A DNA stretch of 64,000 bases from an uncultured bacterium (GCA_964410905.1 CAYPIR010000001.1:21861-85860), one strand, 5' to 3'. Positions 18,375-31,334 are shown, counted from the stretch's first letter. Notes: generated by a model from the sequence alone, not told the origin. Made by a program: numbers and translations.

Positions 18375-20336
18375 TTATTCGTAGCGCAGCGCGCGAATAG
18401 GATCAAGCATTGCCGCTTGTTTGGCGGGCCAAAGTCCAAAAACAATACCAACTCCGGCTGAAAAAGCGAACGCTAAAATAAGCGAGGTGGGAGTAATGAT
18501 CATTTTCCAATTGGCAAAAGTCGCGATTGTCCACGATATTCCTGACGCGAGAAAAATTCCGGCGAGTCCTCCCACGAAGGTTACCAAAACAGCTTCTACT
18601 AAAAACTGCGTCAATATATCGTCAGGCGTTGCCCCAAGAGCTTTGCGGAGTCCAATTTCGCGAGTACGTTCTTTTACCGACACAAGCATAATGTTCATAA
18701 TTCCGATGCCGCCGACAACAAGCGAAATCGCCGCGACGCTGCCGAGCAAAACCGAAAAAGTTCTCGTGGTATTTTGAATCGCCGCTTGAAGATCCGCCAT
18801 ATTACGGATAAAAAAACTATCGTATTTATCGGGCGTAAGGCGATGCCTTCGGATAATAAGTTGATTTATTTCTTCTTGAGCTTCCGACATTTTGTCAAGC
18901 GACACCACTTCAACGTCTATTTGATCCACATACTCTTTTCCAAGCAGTCTCCGCATTGCCGTCATAAGCGGAATCAGCACGACATCGTCTTCATCTTGAA
19001 AACCGCTTGAGCCAAGCGAAGGTAAAACACCAAGAATTTGAAAACTTACGCGGTTAATGCGAATGGTTCTGCCAACCGGGTCTTCGCTTCCAAAAAGGTT
19101 ATCCTTTACTGTCTTGCCAATCAACGCCACGCGCTGGCGGCTTTGGTTTTCGTCATTGGTAAAAAACCGTCCAGACACAGGTTCTTGATTTTTCATGGAA
19201 GCGTATTCAGGCACAACGCCCATTACGCGGCTGCTCCAATTTTTATCGCCAAACACAAGCTGCGCGCTGCCGCGGACTTGCGGCGAGACCTTGCTGACTG
19301 TTAAAATCTGCGTCATAGCTTTTGCGTCTTCCACAGTAAATCTTGTCGCGGTTGACGCGTCGACGCTCGCGCCTCTAACTTTTATCGAGCCGGGACGAAT
19401 TATCAAAAGATTAGAACCCATTTTAGATAAATCTTCTCTGATAGACTCTCCCGCTCCTCGCCCAAGCGCGAGCATAGTAATAACGCAAGCCACGCCGATT
19501 AAAACCCCAAGCATTGAAAGGGCGGAACGAAGTTTATTGTTCAGCAGCACTCGTGAAGCCTGCCTAAAATGTTCTTTTAATTCTCCGATGCTGTATTTTT
19601 TCCTTGAAGATGTCCCATGGTTAAATTCTGGAATTTCTAAATCTTTTTTTTCAAAACTTTGTATTTTTTCATCGCTCACAATTCGTCCATCGCTCATACG
19701 AATCACGCGCTCCGCCTGCGCGGCAAGATTTTCATCGTGCGTTACAAGCGCGATAGTCATCCCCTGTCTATGCAAATCTCTAAAAATTTCCATTATTTCT
19801 TTTCCCGCTTTTGAATCAAGATTTCCTGTCGGTTCATCCGCCAAAATCATATATGGATTATTTGCAAGAGCGCGGGCAATTGCGACGCGTTGCTGCTGCC
19901 CGCCGGAAAGCTCATTTGGGCGGTGATTGATTCGTTCTCCTAGTCCTACTTTTTTTAGAAGTTCTCGCGGAATGTCTAAATTTTCTTTTCGACTTTCGGA
20001 GTAAAGAAGCGGAAGGGCTACATTTTCAGCCGCGCTGGAACGCGACATTAAATTGAATTGTTGAAAAACAAATCCAATGGCACGATTCCGCAAAAACGCG
20101 TATTCTTCCTCTCTAAGACCCGCAGTTTCCTTGCCAAGAAGCCTGAAATGTCCAGTGTCTGGAGAATCGAGAAATCCTAAGAGGTGCATAAGCGTGGATT
20201 TGCCGGAACCGGAAGGGCCCATTATTGCGACAAAATCGCCTTTTTCTATCGACAAAGAAATATCTTGAAGCGCGCGAACTTCAACATCGCCAATTTTATA
20301 AATCTTTGAAATATGTTCAGCTTCAAGAAGTTTCAT
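18375..20336 (-). CDS. macB: MacB-type ABC transporter (fused ATPase + FtsX-like permease)
   Basis: Walker A GPSGSGKST, signature LSGGQQQRVAIARAL and a C-terminal FtsX-like four-TM permease. Start trimmed to MKLLEAEHI. Confidence 0.85.
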   Translation of the reverse strand: MKLLEAEHISKIYKIGDVEVRALQDISLSIEKGDFVAIMGPSGSGKSTLMHLLGFLDSPDTGHFRLLGKETAGLREEEYAFLRNRAIGFVFQQFNLMSRSSAAENVALPLLYSESRKENLDIPRELLKKVGLGERINHRPNELSGGQQQRVAIARALANNPYMILADEPTGNLDSKAGKEIMEIFRDLHRQGMTIALVTHDENLAAQAERVIRMSDGRIVSDEKIQSFEKKDLEIPEFNHGTSSRKKYSIGELKEHFRQASRVLLNNKLRSALSMLGVLIGVACVITMLALGRGAGESIREDLSKMGSNLLIIRPGSIKVRGASVDASTATRFTVEDAKAMTQILTVSKVSPQVRGSAQLVFGDKNWSSRVMGVVPEYASMKNQEPVSGRFFTNDENQSRQRVALIGKTVKDNLFGSEDPVGRTIRINRVSFQILGVLPSLGSSGFQDEDDVVLIPLMTAMRRLLGKEYVDQIDVEVVSLDKMSEAQEEINQLIIRRHRLTPDKYDSFFIRNMADLQAAIQNTTRTFSVLLGSVAAISLVVGGIGIMNIMLVSVKERTREIGLRKALGATPDDILTQFLVEAVLVTFVGGLAGIFLASGISWTIATFANWKMIITPTSLILAFAFSAGVGIVFGLWPAKQAAMLDPIRALRYE

Positions 20337-20337
20337 A

Positions 20338-21345
20338 TTAAGATTTTTTTGTTCCTGAAGATGACGGCTTTGACGGACGAAAAATATTTGCCGAGCTTTG
20401 TTTTTCGGTTTTACGGACAATAGCTATTTTCTCGTCTTCGCTTAACCCCTTCGTTATAATTGTCATGCTTCCATCTGTATCGCCAAGCTCCACAGCAATA
20501 GGCGTTAATTTTTTCTTATCGTTTTTTTGATAAATGGCAAAGGAACTTTCAAACGGCCGTGCGAGTTCTTTAGGCCAATCCATAATAGCTTCCGACGGCG
20601 CGAGTAAAACATCCTTCGCCTCTTTCACAATAAATGTTACATTCGCAGTCATACCGCTCCTAAACGAATCAGGAACTTCTTCAGGCAACACATCAACTTT
20701 ATAAACATTTACATTGTTTTCCAGCGTGCTTTCAAAGGTGATGTGATCTACCTTTCCTTCAAATGTTTCATTACGATACGCATCCAAGCGAATCTCCGCT
20801 CGTTGCCCTATTTTAATTAATGAAAGGTCTGTTTCATCTACTAACCCCTCAACAATCAACCTGTCGGAAACTACCACAACGGCATCCGTAGTCGATACTG
20901 TTTGACCCGGCTCAACGGAACGGACAATAACCATTCCATCAAGCGGCGACAGCAAAGGCGCCGGCTTATACGCTTCTTCCCATCTTTTTAATGTCTCAGG
21001 ACTCTCACCGCGAGCCGCGTCAAGAAGCACCGCGCGCTCGACTGAACTCATATAAGCAAGAATCTGTCCACGATTTACCATCTCGCCTTCTCGGACAAGA
21101 ATATCTTCTATACGTCCTGCTATCGGCGCTTTGACTTCAACGCGGTTGTAAGGTTTAACCGTTCCCGTCGCCGTAACGCTTAGCCACAAATCTCCGCGCG
21201 TAATTTTATCCATTCTTATTAGTTCTAAACCGTCAGACGATTTTCCGCATGAAGAAAATCCTTGCATCGCTCCGATTAAAATTACTATTAAAATTATCCA
21301 TTTCAAAAATCCACGTTTTTTATTTTTTTGATTGTTCATAATCAT
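20338..21345 (-). CDS. macA: HlyD/MacA-family periplasmic adaptor subunit
   Basis: 335 aa with an N-terminal TM/signal segment, lipoyl-like and beta-barrel adaptor pattern. Sits between the macB and TolC-like genes. Confidence 0.8.
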   Translation of the reverse strand: MIMNNQKNKKRGFLKWIILIVILIGAMQGFSSCGKSSDGLELIRMDKITRGDLWLSVTATGTVKPYNRVEVKAPIAGRIEDILVREGEMVNRGQILAYMSSVERAVLLDAARGESPETLKRWEEAYKPAPLLSPLDGMVIVRSVEPGQTVSTTDAVVVVSDRLIVEGLVDETDLSLIKIGQRAEIRLDAYRNETFEGKVDHITFESTLENNVNVYKVDVLPEEVPDSFRSGMTANVTFIVKEAKDVLLAPSEAIMDWPKELARPFESSFAIYQKNDKKKLTPIAVELGDTDGSMTIITKGLSEDEKIAIVRKTEKQSSANIFRPSKPSSSGTKKS

Positions 21346-22666
21346 CCTCTAAAGTCACGCCGCGGACTTTGTCCCAATTGGCTTGTTGTTGAAATACATT
21401 CGCAAGACTTTCGACATAATCTTTTTCCGCGCTGACGCTTTCCTGTTCCGCCGTGTCAAAATCGGTAAAATTAACAAGCCCGCTCGAATATTCAGCGCGA
21501 ATAATTTCAGCGCGTTTACGGCTCGCCTCTAAAAACTTCTTTTTAACTTCGACATATTCCATAGCGTCCACATACTTTGTCCATATCTCTGCTAACGACG
21601 CGACCGCCTCATCACGCGCGCTTTTCGCCGTCCGTTCCGCCGCTTCATAATCCGCCTTCGCTTTACGTATTGCCGCGACATTCTTTCCGCCTTCAAAGAA
21701 CGGTATGGAAACAGAAACTCCAAGAGATCCCGAATCACGCAGATTTGACGAGCGATCGCCTGAGTATCCGTAATTATATGTTCCGTCCACCTGCGGCAAT
21801 ACCGAAGATTGCGCTGAAACCATATCGGCTTTAGCCGCTTCCGCGAGTTTAATTAATCGATTAACGCCAAAATTCGCTTCCGCGAGTTCTACATAATTTG
21901 GAGTTTCCGCTCGAAGTTCTTCTATCATTTTTTCAAGGTCATCACCGATAGTAAGCGGTAAAACAAATTCCCCGCCGCTTTCTCGCGATAAACGAAGCGA
22001 TTCACTTTCGATTTGTCTTTGAGTCTGCCCCACATCATAAACCGCCTGACTTGCCGCAGCTTCTGCCCGCAGCGACGAGCCTAAATTTTCACGCCCCGCA
22101 CCGTAACGGAGTCTGACAAGTTCCGCATTCTGTTTCCTGCGCTCTTCAATTTGTTTATTGGTAGCGAGAAGTCTTTCATAACGAATTAATTCCACATATG
22201 AAGAACGCAGTCTATATCGAACCTCTGAACTTATCGTCTGATATTGCCATTGAAGAGCTTCAAGTTGTCTGCCCGCTTTAATCCATTTTCCGGTAATATC
22301 TCCGCCGTGGAAAATAGGCTGTGTGGCCTTTATGTTAAGCGCGAGGCTATCGCCTGTTTTACTGGTGTTTGTTGAGCGTCCAACGTTTTTTTGAACTTCG
22401 CCTTGAACCAAAGGAAGATAATCGCCGAACGCGCTATCTTTGTTTCTCTCGCCGGATGTAATTTGAAAACGGGCCTCTTGAAGATCCGGGTTTTGACTAA
22501 GCGTTTGCCTGACAAGTCCGTCCCAAGTAAGAATTTTCGCGTCATTACTTTTTGAGATTTTCAATTGAGGCAAAGAGACGGCAAGACAACCCGACAATAA
22601 AAACACGGTTGCCAAAATAAACGCGTTAGAAATTTTTTTTCGATACGAAGTTTTTCTGTTTTTCAT
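21320..22666 (-). CDS. TolC/NodT-family outer-membrane efflux lipoprotein
   Basis: Lipobox LSGC after a signal peptide. Two-repeat TolC-like architecture. Confidence 0.8.
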   Translation of the reverse strand: MKNRKTSYRKKISNAFILATVFLLSGCLAVSLPQLKISKSNDAKILTWDGLVRQTLSQNPDLQEARFQITSGERNKDSAFGDYLPLVQGEVQKNVGRSTNTSKTGDSLALNIKATQPIFHGGDITGKWIKAGRQLEALQWQYQTISSEVRYRLRSSYVELIRYERLLATNKQIEERRKQNAELVRLRYGAGRENLGSSLRAEAAASQAVYDVGQTQRQIESESLRLSRESGGEFVLPLTIGDDLEKMIEELRAETPNYVELAEANFGVNRLIKLAEAAKADMVSAQSSVLPQVDGTYNYGYSGDRSSNLRDSGSLGVSVSIPFFEGGKNVAAIRKAKADYEAAERTAKSARDEAVASLAEIWTKYVDAMEYVEVKKKFLEASRKRAEIIRAEYSSGLVNFTDFDTAEQESVSAEKDYVESLANVFQQQANWDKVRGVTLEDDYEQSKK

Positions 22667-22741
22667 AAGAGGCAAATCATACCAAAACTTTATGATGTTT
22701 AATACAGGAAGGAATCGACATTTTTTTATTTTTATATCGTT

Positions 22742-25047
<2,306 letters not shown>

Positions 25048-25054
25048 TTTTTTC

Positions 25055-25597
25055 TTATTTTCCACCTTCGTCCACCTCCAACAATTGATTGCGGATATGA
25101 TAAGCGACAATTCCAAACGCGACAGAAACGTTTAACGAGTTTTTCAGTCCCGACATTTCAATTTCTACGGTTTCATCGCAGAGTTTCACCAACTCATCAG
25201 ACACACCCGAGACTTCATTGCCCAGCACAAGACAAACCGCTCCCGTCGGTTTGTAGTCTTGATAAGGGATACTATTGTCGAGTTGTTCTAAAAAAACAAT
25301 TCTGTAGCCGAGAGATTTAAGTTCCGTCAGAAGCTCCGCTGCGTTTTTGCGATATTCCCAAGTGATTTTTTTCTCGGCTCCAAGCGCAGTTTTAGAAATT
25401 TGGTTATCAGGCGGACAGCCCGTAATTCCGCACAGGTAGAGTTTTTCCAGCCCCGCTCCATCGGCTGTTCGGAAAACAGAACCCACATTATAGAGGCTGC
25501 GAATATTATTTAGGACGGCACAAAATGGAAGGCAGCGTTCATTTTCTTGCGTTCTTTTTTGCCGAACAAGAAGTTCTTCATGACTTAGTTTACGCAT
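25055..25597 (-). CDS. SpoU/TrmH-family RNA 2'-O-methyltransferase
   Basis: 180 aa with the SPOUT-class pattern (…[11 protein letters not shown]…). Confidence 0.7.
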   Translation of the reverse strand: MRKLSHEELLVRQKRTQENERCLPFCAVLNNIRSLYNVGSVFRTADGAGLEKLYLCGITGCPPDNQISKTALGAEKKITWEYRKNAAELLTELKSLGYRIVFLEQLDNSIPYQDYKPTGAVCLVLGNEVSGVSDELVKLCDETVEIEMSGLKNSLNVSVAFGIVAYHIRNQLLEVDEGGK

Positions 25598-25603
25598 AAC
25601 AAA

Positions 25604-26371
25604 TTATTTTTTGTTATCCCAAACATAATATCTTCTGTATCCCCAGTGATAAACGCTTTCAGGAATTTTTCTCAAAAACCAAACTACAACTCTCCACCAA
25701 CCCGGCACATAAGCGACCCGCTTCCTTTTTTGAATCACTTTATAAATTTTTTCAGCGGCAATTTCGGGCGAGATAATTCCGACAAGCCCTTTTCTTCCAT
25801 GCAACAATTTTGTATTAACAAACCCCGGTCTTATGTCTATAACTTTGACATCCGTCAGTGAAAACTTTTGCCGCAATCCTTCCATATAATTTGAAACAAA
25901 TGCCTTTGAGGCGTTGTAAGACGGCGAACGGCCGCTGCCTCTGTGCGATGCAACTGACGAAATTCCTACGATACAACCTGTCTTTTTTTTAAAAAAATAT
26001 TCCACTGCAACATTTATCATTGCCGCAAAACCCATCGCATTTACTTTTATCATTTCCTCTTCGCCCGCCCAAGCAAGCGTTTCGTTTTGGACTAGGACTC
26101 CCGCGTTTATAATTATCAAATCAACCCCGGCCAGCACCATAATCAAGTTCCTAAGTTCATGCATTGCTTCTCCGACGTCACGGACATCTATTACGCGGAC
26201 AACAGTTTCGCCTTGAATTTCGTTTTGAAGCGCGCCAAGCGTTTCTTGATTACGCCCAGCGATTCCGACCACATAGCCTTCCGTAGAAAGTTTTTTTGCG
26301 ATTGCGCGGCCGATACCGCTTCCCGCACCAATCACTATTGCTTTTTTAGGCGAGGTGTTTAGATTTGTCAT
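25604..26371 (-). CDS. SDR-family oxidoreductase
   Basis: Rossmann GAGSGIG motif and YxxxK catalytic motif (YNASK). Confidence 0.85.
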   Translation of the reverse strand: MTNLNTSPKKAIVIGAGSGIGRAIAKKLSTEGYVVGIAGRNQETLGALQNEIQGETVVRVIDVRDVGEAMHELRNLIMVLAGVDLIIINAGVLVQNETLAWAGEEEMIKVNAMGFAAMINVAVEYFFKKKTGCIVGISSVASHRGSGRSPSYNASKAFVSNYMEGLRQKFSLTDVKVIDIRPGFVNTKLLHGRKGLVGIISPEIAAEKIYKVIQKRKRVAYVPGWWRVVVWFLRKIPESVYHWGYRRYYVWDNKK

Positions 26372-26559
26372 TTGTTTATGGATAAAAATTTTTCAATGGA
26401 ACGGTCGAAGGTTTTTTCAACAGATTGGGGGAAATAACAGGCGGGTAGTTGTTTACGACTTCTATGATACGCTACGCATTCACAACAAATGCCTTTCCGC
26501 GGGCAAGGTTCGTAGGAACAATTACAAAAACTTTTATTTTTAGTGCTTTTGCATTCCAT
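26368..26559 (-). CDS. cysteine-rich small protein (63 aa), possibly metal-binding
   Basis: Eight cysteines in [41 protein letters not shown]. The stop overlaps the start of the SDR gene (ATGA), indicating translational coupling. Confidence 0.5.
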   Translation of the reverse strand: MECKSTKNKSFCNCSYEPCPRKGICCECVAYHRSRKQLPACYFPQSVEKTFDRSIEKFLSINK

Positions 26560-26611
26560 TTTAGGCTCTCTCTATTTCGCTTTCTCGTTAAAAACTTTCA
26601 CGGCATGTCTT

Positions 26612-26635
26612 ATTCCGTAAATTCCGTGATTCCGT
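26612..26635. promoter_or_regulatory. three tandem ATTCCGT heptamers (ACGGAAT on the minus strand) spaced 9 and 8 nt, upstream of the cysteine-rich ORF operon
   Basis: Direct read: copies at 26612-18, 26621-27 and 26629-35. Confidence 0.35.
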
Positions 26636-26871
26636 TTCGTTGAATTCTTTTAGTTAAGAAGTCATCTCGCGCGTAGCAGCAGGATCTAGATTCTGTGACG
26701 TTAAAAAACAACGCACAGAATAACTATTCAAAAAATCTTCAATGTATAACCGTTTCACTATTATCACGAGAAGATTACCATCAGTCGCACACCTACTCTT
26801 CGCTTCGGACGCTGCCCCCTTTTTTTGTTTACCTTTCAGGAAGCCTTCGACTTTTACAAATCACAGAAAAG

Positions 26872-26948
26872 TGGTCGGGGCGATTGGATTCGAACCAACG
26901 GCCTCTCGGTCCCGAACCGAGCGCACTACCAAGCTGTGCTACGCCCCG
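26872..26948 (-). tRNA. tRNA-Pro (anticodon CGG), CCA encoded
   Basis: Cloverleaf folded by hand: acceptor stem CGGGGCG/CGCCCCG, D stem GCAC/GTGC, anticodon stem CTCGG/CCGAG, anticodon loop TTCGGGA, T loop TTCGAAT, discriminator A followed by CCA. Confidence 0.9.
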
Positions 26949-27011
26949 AATATTTTTTATGAAGGTTGGAAGTATATCAAATTTCAATTTTTCATTGGAT
27001 AAAAATATCCA

Positions 27012-28232
27012 TCAATTTTCAAGTGAATTAGGCTCTTCCTCAGCCTCTAATTTCACGTTATATTTAATCCCTAATCTTTCTAGTTTAATAGCAGATTTAA
27101 CAATGCCTTGCCCACCGGTTAGCTTCGTATTTGCTTTTTCATACGCTTTTTGCACTTCCCCTAACTTACTTCCAACATCTTCCATAGCATCAACAAAGCC
27201 TTCAACTCGGCTGTGCATTTCCTCACCCGTCTTAATGATTGCCTCCATATTTTTGCTTGTCTTGTCTATGCTCCACAAATTGTCCACGACTTTCAAAATT
27301 GGGAAAAGCGAAGATGCTGTCGCGATAGCAATTTTTCTCGCCGCAGCAAACTCAAACAAATCAGGAGATGCTTCAAGCGCCGCAAAATACGCATACTCTA
27401 TTGGGATAAACATAATGACAAAATCCGGACTCCGCCCATTCACCTTTTTGCTTTTTTGATATTCCTTAGACGTCAGCCCTTTTATATGATTTTTTATATC
27501 TTCAACTAGCGCGTTTAAATATTTATTTTTTTCATCAATATCAGCTCCATTAACCCAAGCTGAATAATTCACAAGCGACATTTTGGAATCGATTATAACT
27601 TTTCTATCGTCCGGCAAAGACACGACACAATCAAGTATCACCTTCTCTGAATCTTCGCTTTTATCCGCAAATTGCAGCTCGTAATTCACCCCTTTTTGAA
27701 GCCCCGCCATTTGCAGCACGCGCTCAAGCAGCACTTCGCCCCAATTCCCTTGCATTTTTTTATTTTGCAAGGCATTGGTTAATTCGTTTGCTTCTTTAGA
27801 CAAATTTTGATTCAAATTTTTCAAATCGTGAAACGCCAACTCAAACGAGCGGTTTTTTTCCATTTGTTCTTTGTGAAGTCTCTCTATTGTTTCTTTATAA
27901 ACATTCATCTTTTCTTTTAAAGGATCAATCAACCCCGACATTTCTTTTTGGTTTACATCCTTAAAGTCCTTGGAATGTTCTCGAACAATATCTGCGGCAA
28001 TTGCTTTAAATGTATCAGCGGCGTTTGAGATAATCGCTTCGTTTTCGCGTTTAAGCTGCTCCCGCTGTTGGATAAGACTATCTTTATCTTTTTGAAGCGC
28101 TGTTTTCTCGACTTCGTATTGCGTTATTTTTCGCTGAAATTCGTTTGCTCCTTGCAAAATACCATTTTTTTTACCTAATAAAAATCCTGCCGCGCAGCCC
28201 AAAACCGCCAAAATAACTAGAATGATTTCCAT
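27012..28232 (-). CDS. rmuC: DNA recombination protein RmuC
   Basis: 406 aa. N-terminal TM segment, coiled coil and a C-terminal RmuC domain. Confidence 0.8.
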   Translation of the reverse strand: MEIILVILAVLGCAAGFLLGKKNGILQGANEFQRKITQYEVEKTALQKDKDSLIQQREQLKRENEAIISNAADTFKAIAADIVREHSKDFKDVNQKEMSGLIDPLKEKMNVYKETIERLHKEQMEKNRSFELAFHDLKNLNQNLSKEANELTNALQNKKMQGNWGEVLLERVLQMAGLQKGVNYELQFADKSEDSEKVILDCVVSLPDDRKVIIDSKMSLVNYSAWVNGADIDEKNKYLNALVEDIKNHIKGLTSKEYQKSKKVNGRSPDFVIMFIPIEYAYFAALEASPDLFEFAAARKIAIATASSLFPILKVVDNLWSIDKTSKNMEAIIKTGEEMHSRVEGFVDAMEDVGSKLGEVQKAYEKANTKLTGGQGIVKSAIKLERLGIKYNVKLEAEEEPNSLEN

Positions 28233-28270
28233 AAATTTTTCTCCCGCGTTTAAGCTTTTATATTAATTAA

Positions 28271-30028
28271 TTATTCAGCAAAAGCCGCTTCGTCAGAAAT
28301 AATTTCTTGTGAATGCGAAGAAGAAGCTGAGGATAAATTTTTTCTGGCTCTGAAACCTTGCGTTAAAAGCGCCGCTTCCATCACCTCTTTAAACACAGGC
28401 GCGGCAACAGTTCCGCCGTAATAGGACGGATGCGGATCGTCCAAGACAACAACCATCGCGTATTGAGGGTTATCAGCGGGAACAAACCCAATAAAAGAAG
28501 ACATAAAATTGCTATGTGAATAACCTTTACCGTTAGGCAAAACCTTTTGAGCAGTTCCCGTTTTTCCGCCGACAGAAACATTTTCAATTTTCGCGCGAGT
28601 TCCTGTCCCCCGCTCAACCACTTCTGTCAAAATATCACGCATAGTTTTGGCGACTTCAGGCTTTATGACGCGCCTTTTTGTTATCGGTTTTTTCTTCTTT
28701 ATAACAACGCCGGAAGCATCTCGTATTTCCGAAATAATATACGGCTGCATCAACACGCCGTCATTTGCTATCACGGACATTGCCGTTACCATCTGTAGCG
28801 CCGTTACCGTAACCTCTTGTCCCATGGGAATATTGTAAGGTGATGTTTTCGACCATTGGGCGACGGGCCGCGTAAATCCAGAAACCTCGCCGGGCAAATC
28901 CACACCCGTAATTTTTCCGAAACCAAAACTTTGAACATAACTTTGAAATTTGTCGCTTCCCATTTTTAAGGCGATTTTCACAGTCCCAATGTTGCTTGAT
29001 TTAATCATAACCTCGCTCATCGGTATCGTCCCATACGGGTGCACATCGCGAAGAGTTTTTACGCCATAATTCCATTTTCCTTTTTCGCAATTAAAATTCG
29101 TATCGGGAGTTACAACTCCGTCATTCAACGCGCCTGAGCCCGCAACAATTTTAAACACAGAACCAGGCTCATACGTATCTGTTACTGAACGGTTGCGTTT
29201 AGAATCAGCGGTCGCTTTGGCATAATAATTTGGATCAAAGCCCGGCTGATTCGCCATAGCCAAAATCTCTCCCGTTTTCGGATTCAAAACAATAGCCCAC
29301 GCGCCCTTCGCGTTCCATTGTTTATACGCCGCTTCAAGAGCCTTTTCCGTCAAGTATTGCAAATGCTGGTCTATGGTGAGCACTATGCGATTTCCGTCTA
29401 TGGCCGGAAGACTTTTCATTTCAAAGGCTTTAATTTCTCTGCCGAGTGCGTCCCGCTGCGTTATCCGCTGACCGGATTTTCCGCAAAGTTCACCATTGAG
29501 CGACCGCTCCAAACCATCCAAGCCTTCGTTATCAACATTAGAAAATCCCAAGACCTGCGAAAGCATCGTCCCTTGCGGATAAAACCGTTTGTATTCTTCC
29601 ATAATTCCAAACTCCGAACTCTTGAGCGCTTTAATTTTGTCAGCCTCTTCTATGGTTACGTGCCTCTTTAACCATACGAAAGCTTTATCGCGTTTGAGAC
29701 GCTCCTTTGCCCAATCAATTTCTAATCCTAAAATTTTTGAAATTTCTTTGGCAAGAGTGTCGACCTCATCGCTAGGAATAATTCGAGGCACCGCGTAAAT
29801 TGAAGGAACTTTTAAATTGGTAACAAATTCTTTTCCATTGCGGTCGGTAATAGAACCTCGAAGCGGCGGGATATCGATACGAACAATATGCTGGCTATTG
29901 GCTCGTTTTAAAAGTGATTGGCGGCGAATGCAGGTAAGTTGAACAAACTGATAAATGATTAGGCTAAAGAGGAGAAAAATCACGCCGTATACAACCCAAA
30001 ATCGCTTGAGAGGAAGCGGCGTTCGCAT
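28271..30028 (-). CDS. ftsI: penicillin-binding protein (peptidoglycan D,D-transpeptidase FtsI/PBP2-type)
   Basis: SxxK (SVFK), SSN and KTG motifs. N-terminal TM anchor. Sits in the dcw cluster after ftsL. Confidence 0.9.
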   Translation of the reverse strand: MRTPLPLKRFWVVYGVIFLLFSLIIYQFVQLTCIRRQSLLKRANSQHIVRIDIPPLRGSITDRNGKEFVTNLKVPSIYAVPRIIPSDEVDTLAKEISKILGLEIDWAKERLKRDKAFVWLKRHVTIEEADKIKALKSSEFGIMEEYKRFYPQGTMLSQVLGFSNVDNEGLDGLERSLNGELCGKSGQRITQRDALGREIKAFEMKSLPAIDGNRIVLTIDQHLQYLTEKALEAAYKQWNAKGAWAIVLNPKTGEILAMANQPGFDPNYYAKATADSKRNRSVTDTYEPGSVFKIVAGSGALNDGVVTPDTNFNCEKGKWNYGVKTLRDVHPYGTIPMSEVMIKSSNIGTVKIALKMGSDKFQSYVQSFGFGKITGVDLPGEVSGFTRPVAQWSKTSPYNIPMGQEVTVTALQMVTAMSVIANDGVLMQPYIISEIRDASGVVIKKKKPITKRRVIKPEVAKTMRDILTEVVERGTGTRAKIENVSVGGKTGTAQKVLPNGKGYSHSNFMSSFIGFVPADNPQYAMVVVLDDPHPSYYGGTVAAPVFKEVMEAALLTQGFRARKNLSSASSSHSQEIISDEAAFAE

Positions 30029-30030
30029 TT

Positions 30031-30426
30031 TTAAGAAATCGAATCAGTTTTAGCAGCCTGCGCGGTTTGAATCCATTTACCAAAGAAATTCATAATTTCA
30101 GATGAAAAAGACCGCGTTGTTTTTTCAAGCACTGCGGCAGAAATAACACGGTCGGCAATAGCCGGAACTTCAACCACCTGAACTTTATTGGGCAAAGTCA
30201 AGCCCATATCGTAGTGTTTCATTTTTTCTTCAAGAAGGCGGGGGGCCCTCAACTGCTCTATTTTGTAAGCAAACTTTCTGAGAATCTCTTGTTTCTGCTC
30301 CAAAGACTTTTTATTCTTATCAATATCAAGGGAAACGATTACGCTGCCCAATTGAAAATGGACATAGAAAATCACCAAAAAAGCGACTGCCGCAATTGCA
30401 AGTAAACTTTTTACGCTGCCTTTCAT
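30031..30426 (-). CDS. ftsL: cell division protein FtsL-like
   Basis: Small bitopic protein with a coiled coil. Lies between rsmH and ftsI. Confidence 0.65.
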   Translation of the reverse strand: MKGSVKSLLAIAAVAFLVIFYVHFQLGSVIVSLDIDKNKKSLEQKQEILRKFAYKIEQLRAPRLLEEKMKHYDMGLTLPNKVQVVEVPAIADRVISAAVLEKTTRSFSSEIMNFFGKWIQTAQAAKTDSIS

Positions 30427-31334
30427 AATATCCTCTCAATCACGCGCAACTTCGCGCTTCTTGATCTAGGGTTGCTTAATATTTCCGTTCGTTCCGCGAC
30501 AATAGGTTTCTTGAAAACAAGCCGTCCCTTTCCCTGCGCGTTCCATTCTTTAAATTTATTTTTTACAATTCTGTCCTCAAGAGAATGAAACGTAATAATT
30601 CCAAGCCGTCCATGTGGCAAAAGCAAATCAAACGCTCCCGCCATTCCTTCTTTCAGCGCTTCCAATTCGTCGTTTACAGCGATACGAATTGCCTGAAAAA
30701 CTTTTGTGAATGGATTCCGTCTCGCCCACGCGGGACGTTTTCCTTTTTCAAATCTAAGGTGTTCCGGCAACGCCTCTTGTAAAATCTCATTTAAATCCGA
30801 AACCGTATTAAAACTTTTGCCATTTCGTCTGGCTTCGACTATCACATGAGCAAATCTTCGTGAGTGGCGCTCCTCACCGTAATAATAAAAAAGGTCGGCA
30901 AGCTCAGTTTCTGTCATGCTTTCAAGAATTTCAGACGCTCTTGAACCTTTTTCCGTGTCCATCCGCATATCCAACAAACCGTTTGAATCAAAGCTAAACC
31001 CACGATTTTCATCAGCCAATTGTTCTGAAGAAATCCCAATGTCAAGAAGCACCGCGTCAAAACCCGCTATTTGAAAATTCTGAAAAACTTCTCCGACATT
31101 CCTGAAGTTTTCGTGAACAAGTCTGACGCGTGAGTCATTCGCGAAAAGTGGTTTGCATCTTTCTATCGCGGCAGAATCTTGGTCAAAGGAAAATAATTTT
31201 CCGTTCTCGCCTATTTGCGAAAGCATAGCCTCCGAATGTCCGCCGCTACCAAGCGTTCCGTCCATCACAATCGCGCCCGGTCGAATACTCAATGCCGCAA
31301 GAACTTCTTTTAAAAGAACAGGATTATGCCGCAA
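30423..31334 (-). CDS. rsmH: 16S rRNA (cytosine1402-N4)-methyltransferase
   Basis: MraW/RsmH pattern (GxDGTLGxGGHS). Confidence 0.9.
   Translation of the reverse strand: MRHNPVLLKEVLAALSIRPGAIVMDGTLGSGGHSEAMLSQIGENGKLFSFDQDSAAIERCKPLFANDSRVRLVHENFRNVGEVFQNFQIAGFDAVLLDIGISSEQLADENRGFSFDSNGLLDMRMDTEKGSRASEILESMTETELADLFYYYGEERHSRRFAHVIVEARRNGKSFNTVSDLNEILQEALPEHLRFEKGKRPAWARRNPFTKVFQAIRIAVNDELEALKEGMAGAFDLLLPHGRLGIITFHSLEDRIVKNKFKEWNAQGKGRLVFKKPIVAERTEILSNPRSRSAKLRVIERIL

Noticed and set aside
19195-19926. 243-aa plus-strand ORF opposite macB
   Set aside because: Antisense shadow of a conserved ABC transporter gene.
26695-27459. 254-aa plus-strand ORF spanning the tRNA-Pro and the start of rmuC
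   Set aside because: It overlaps a tRNA gene and the rmuC coding region on the opposite strand and has no family resemblance.
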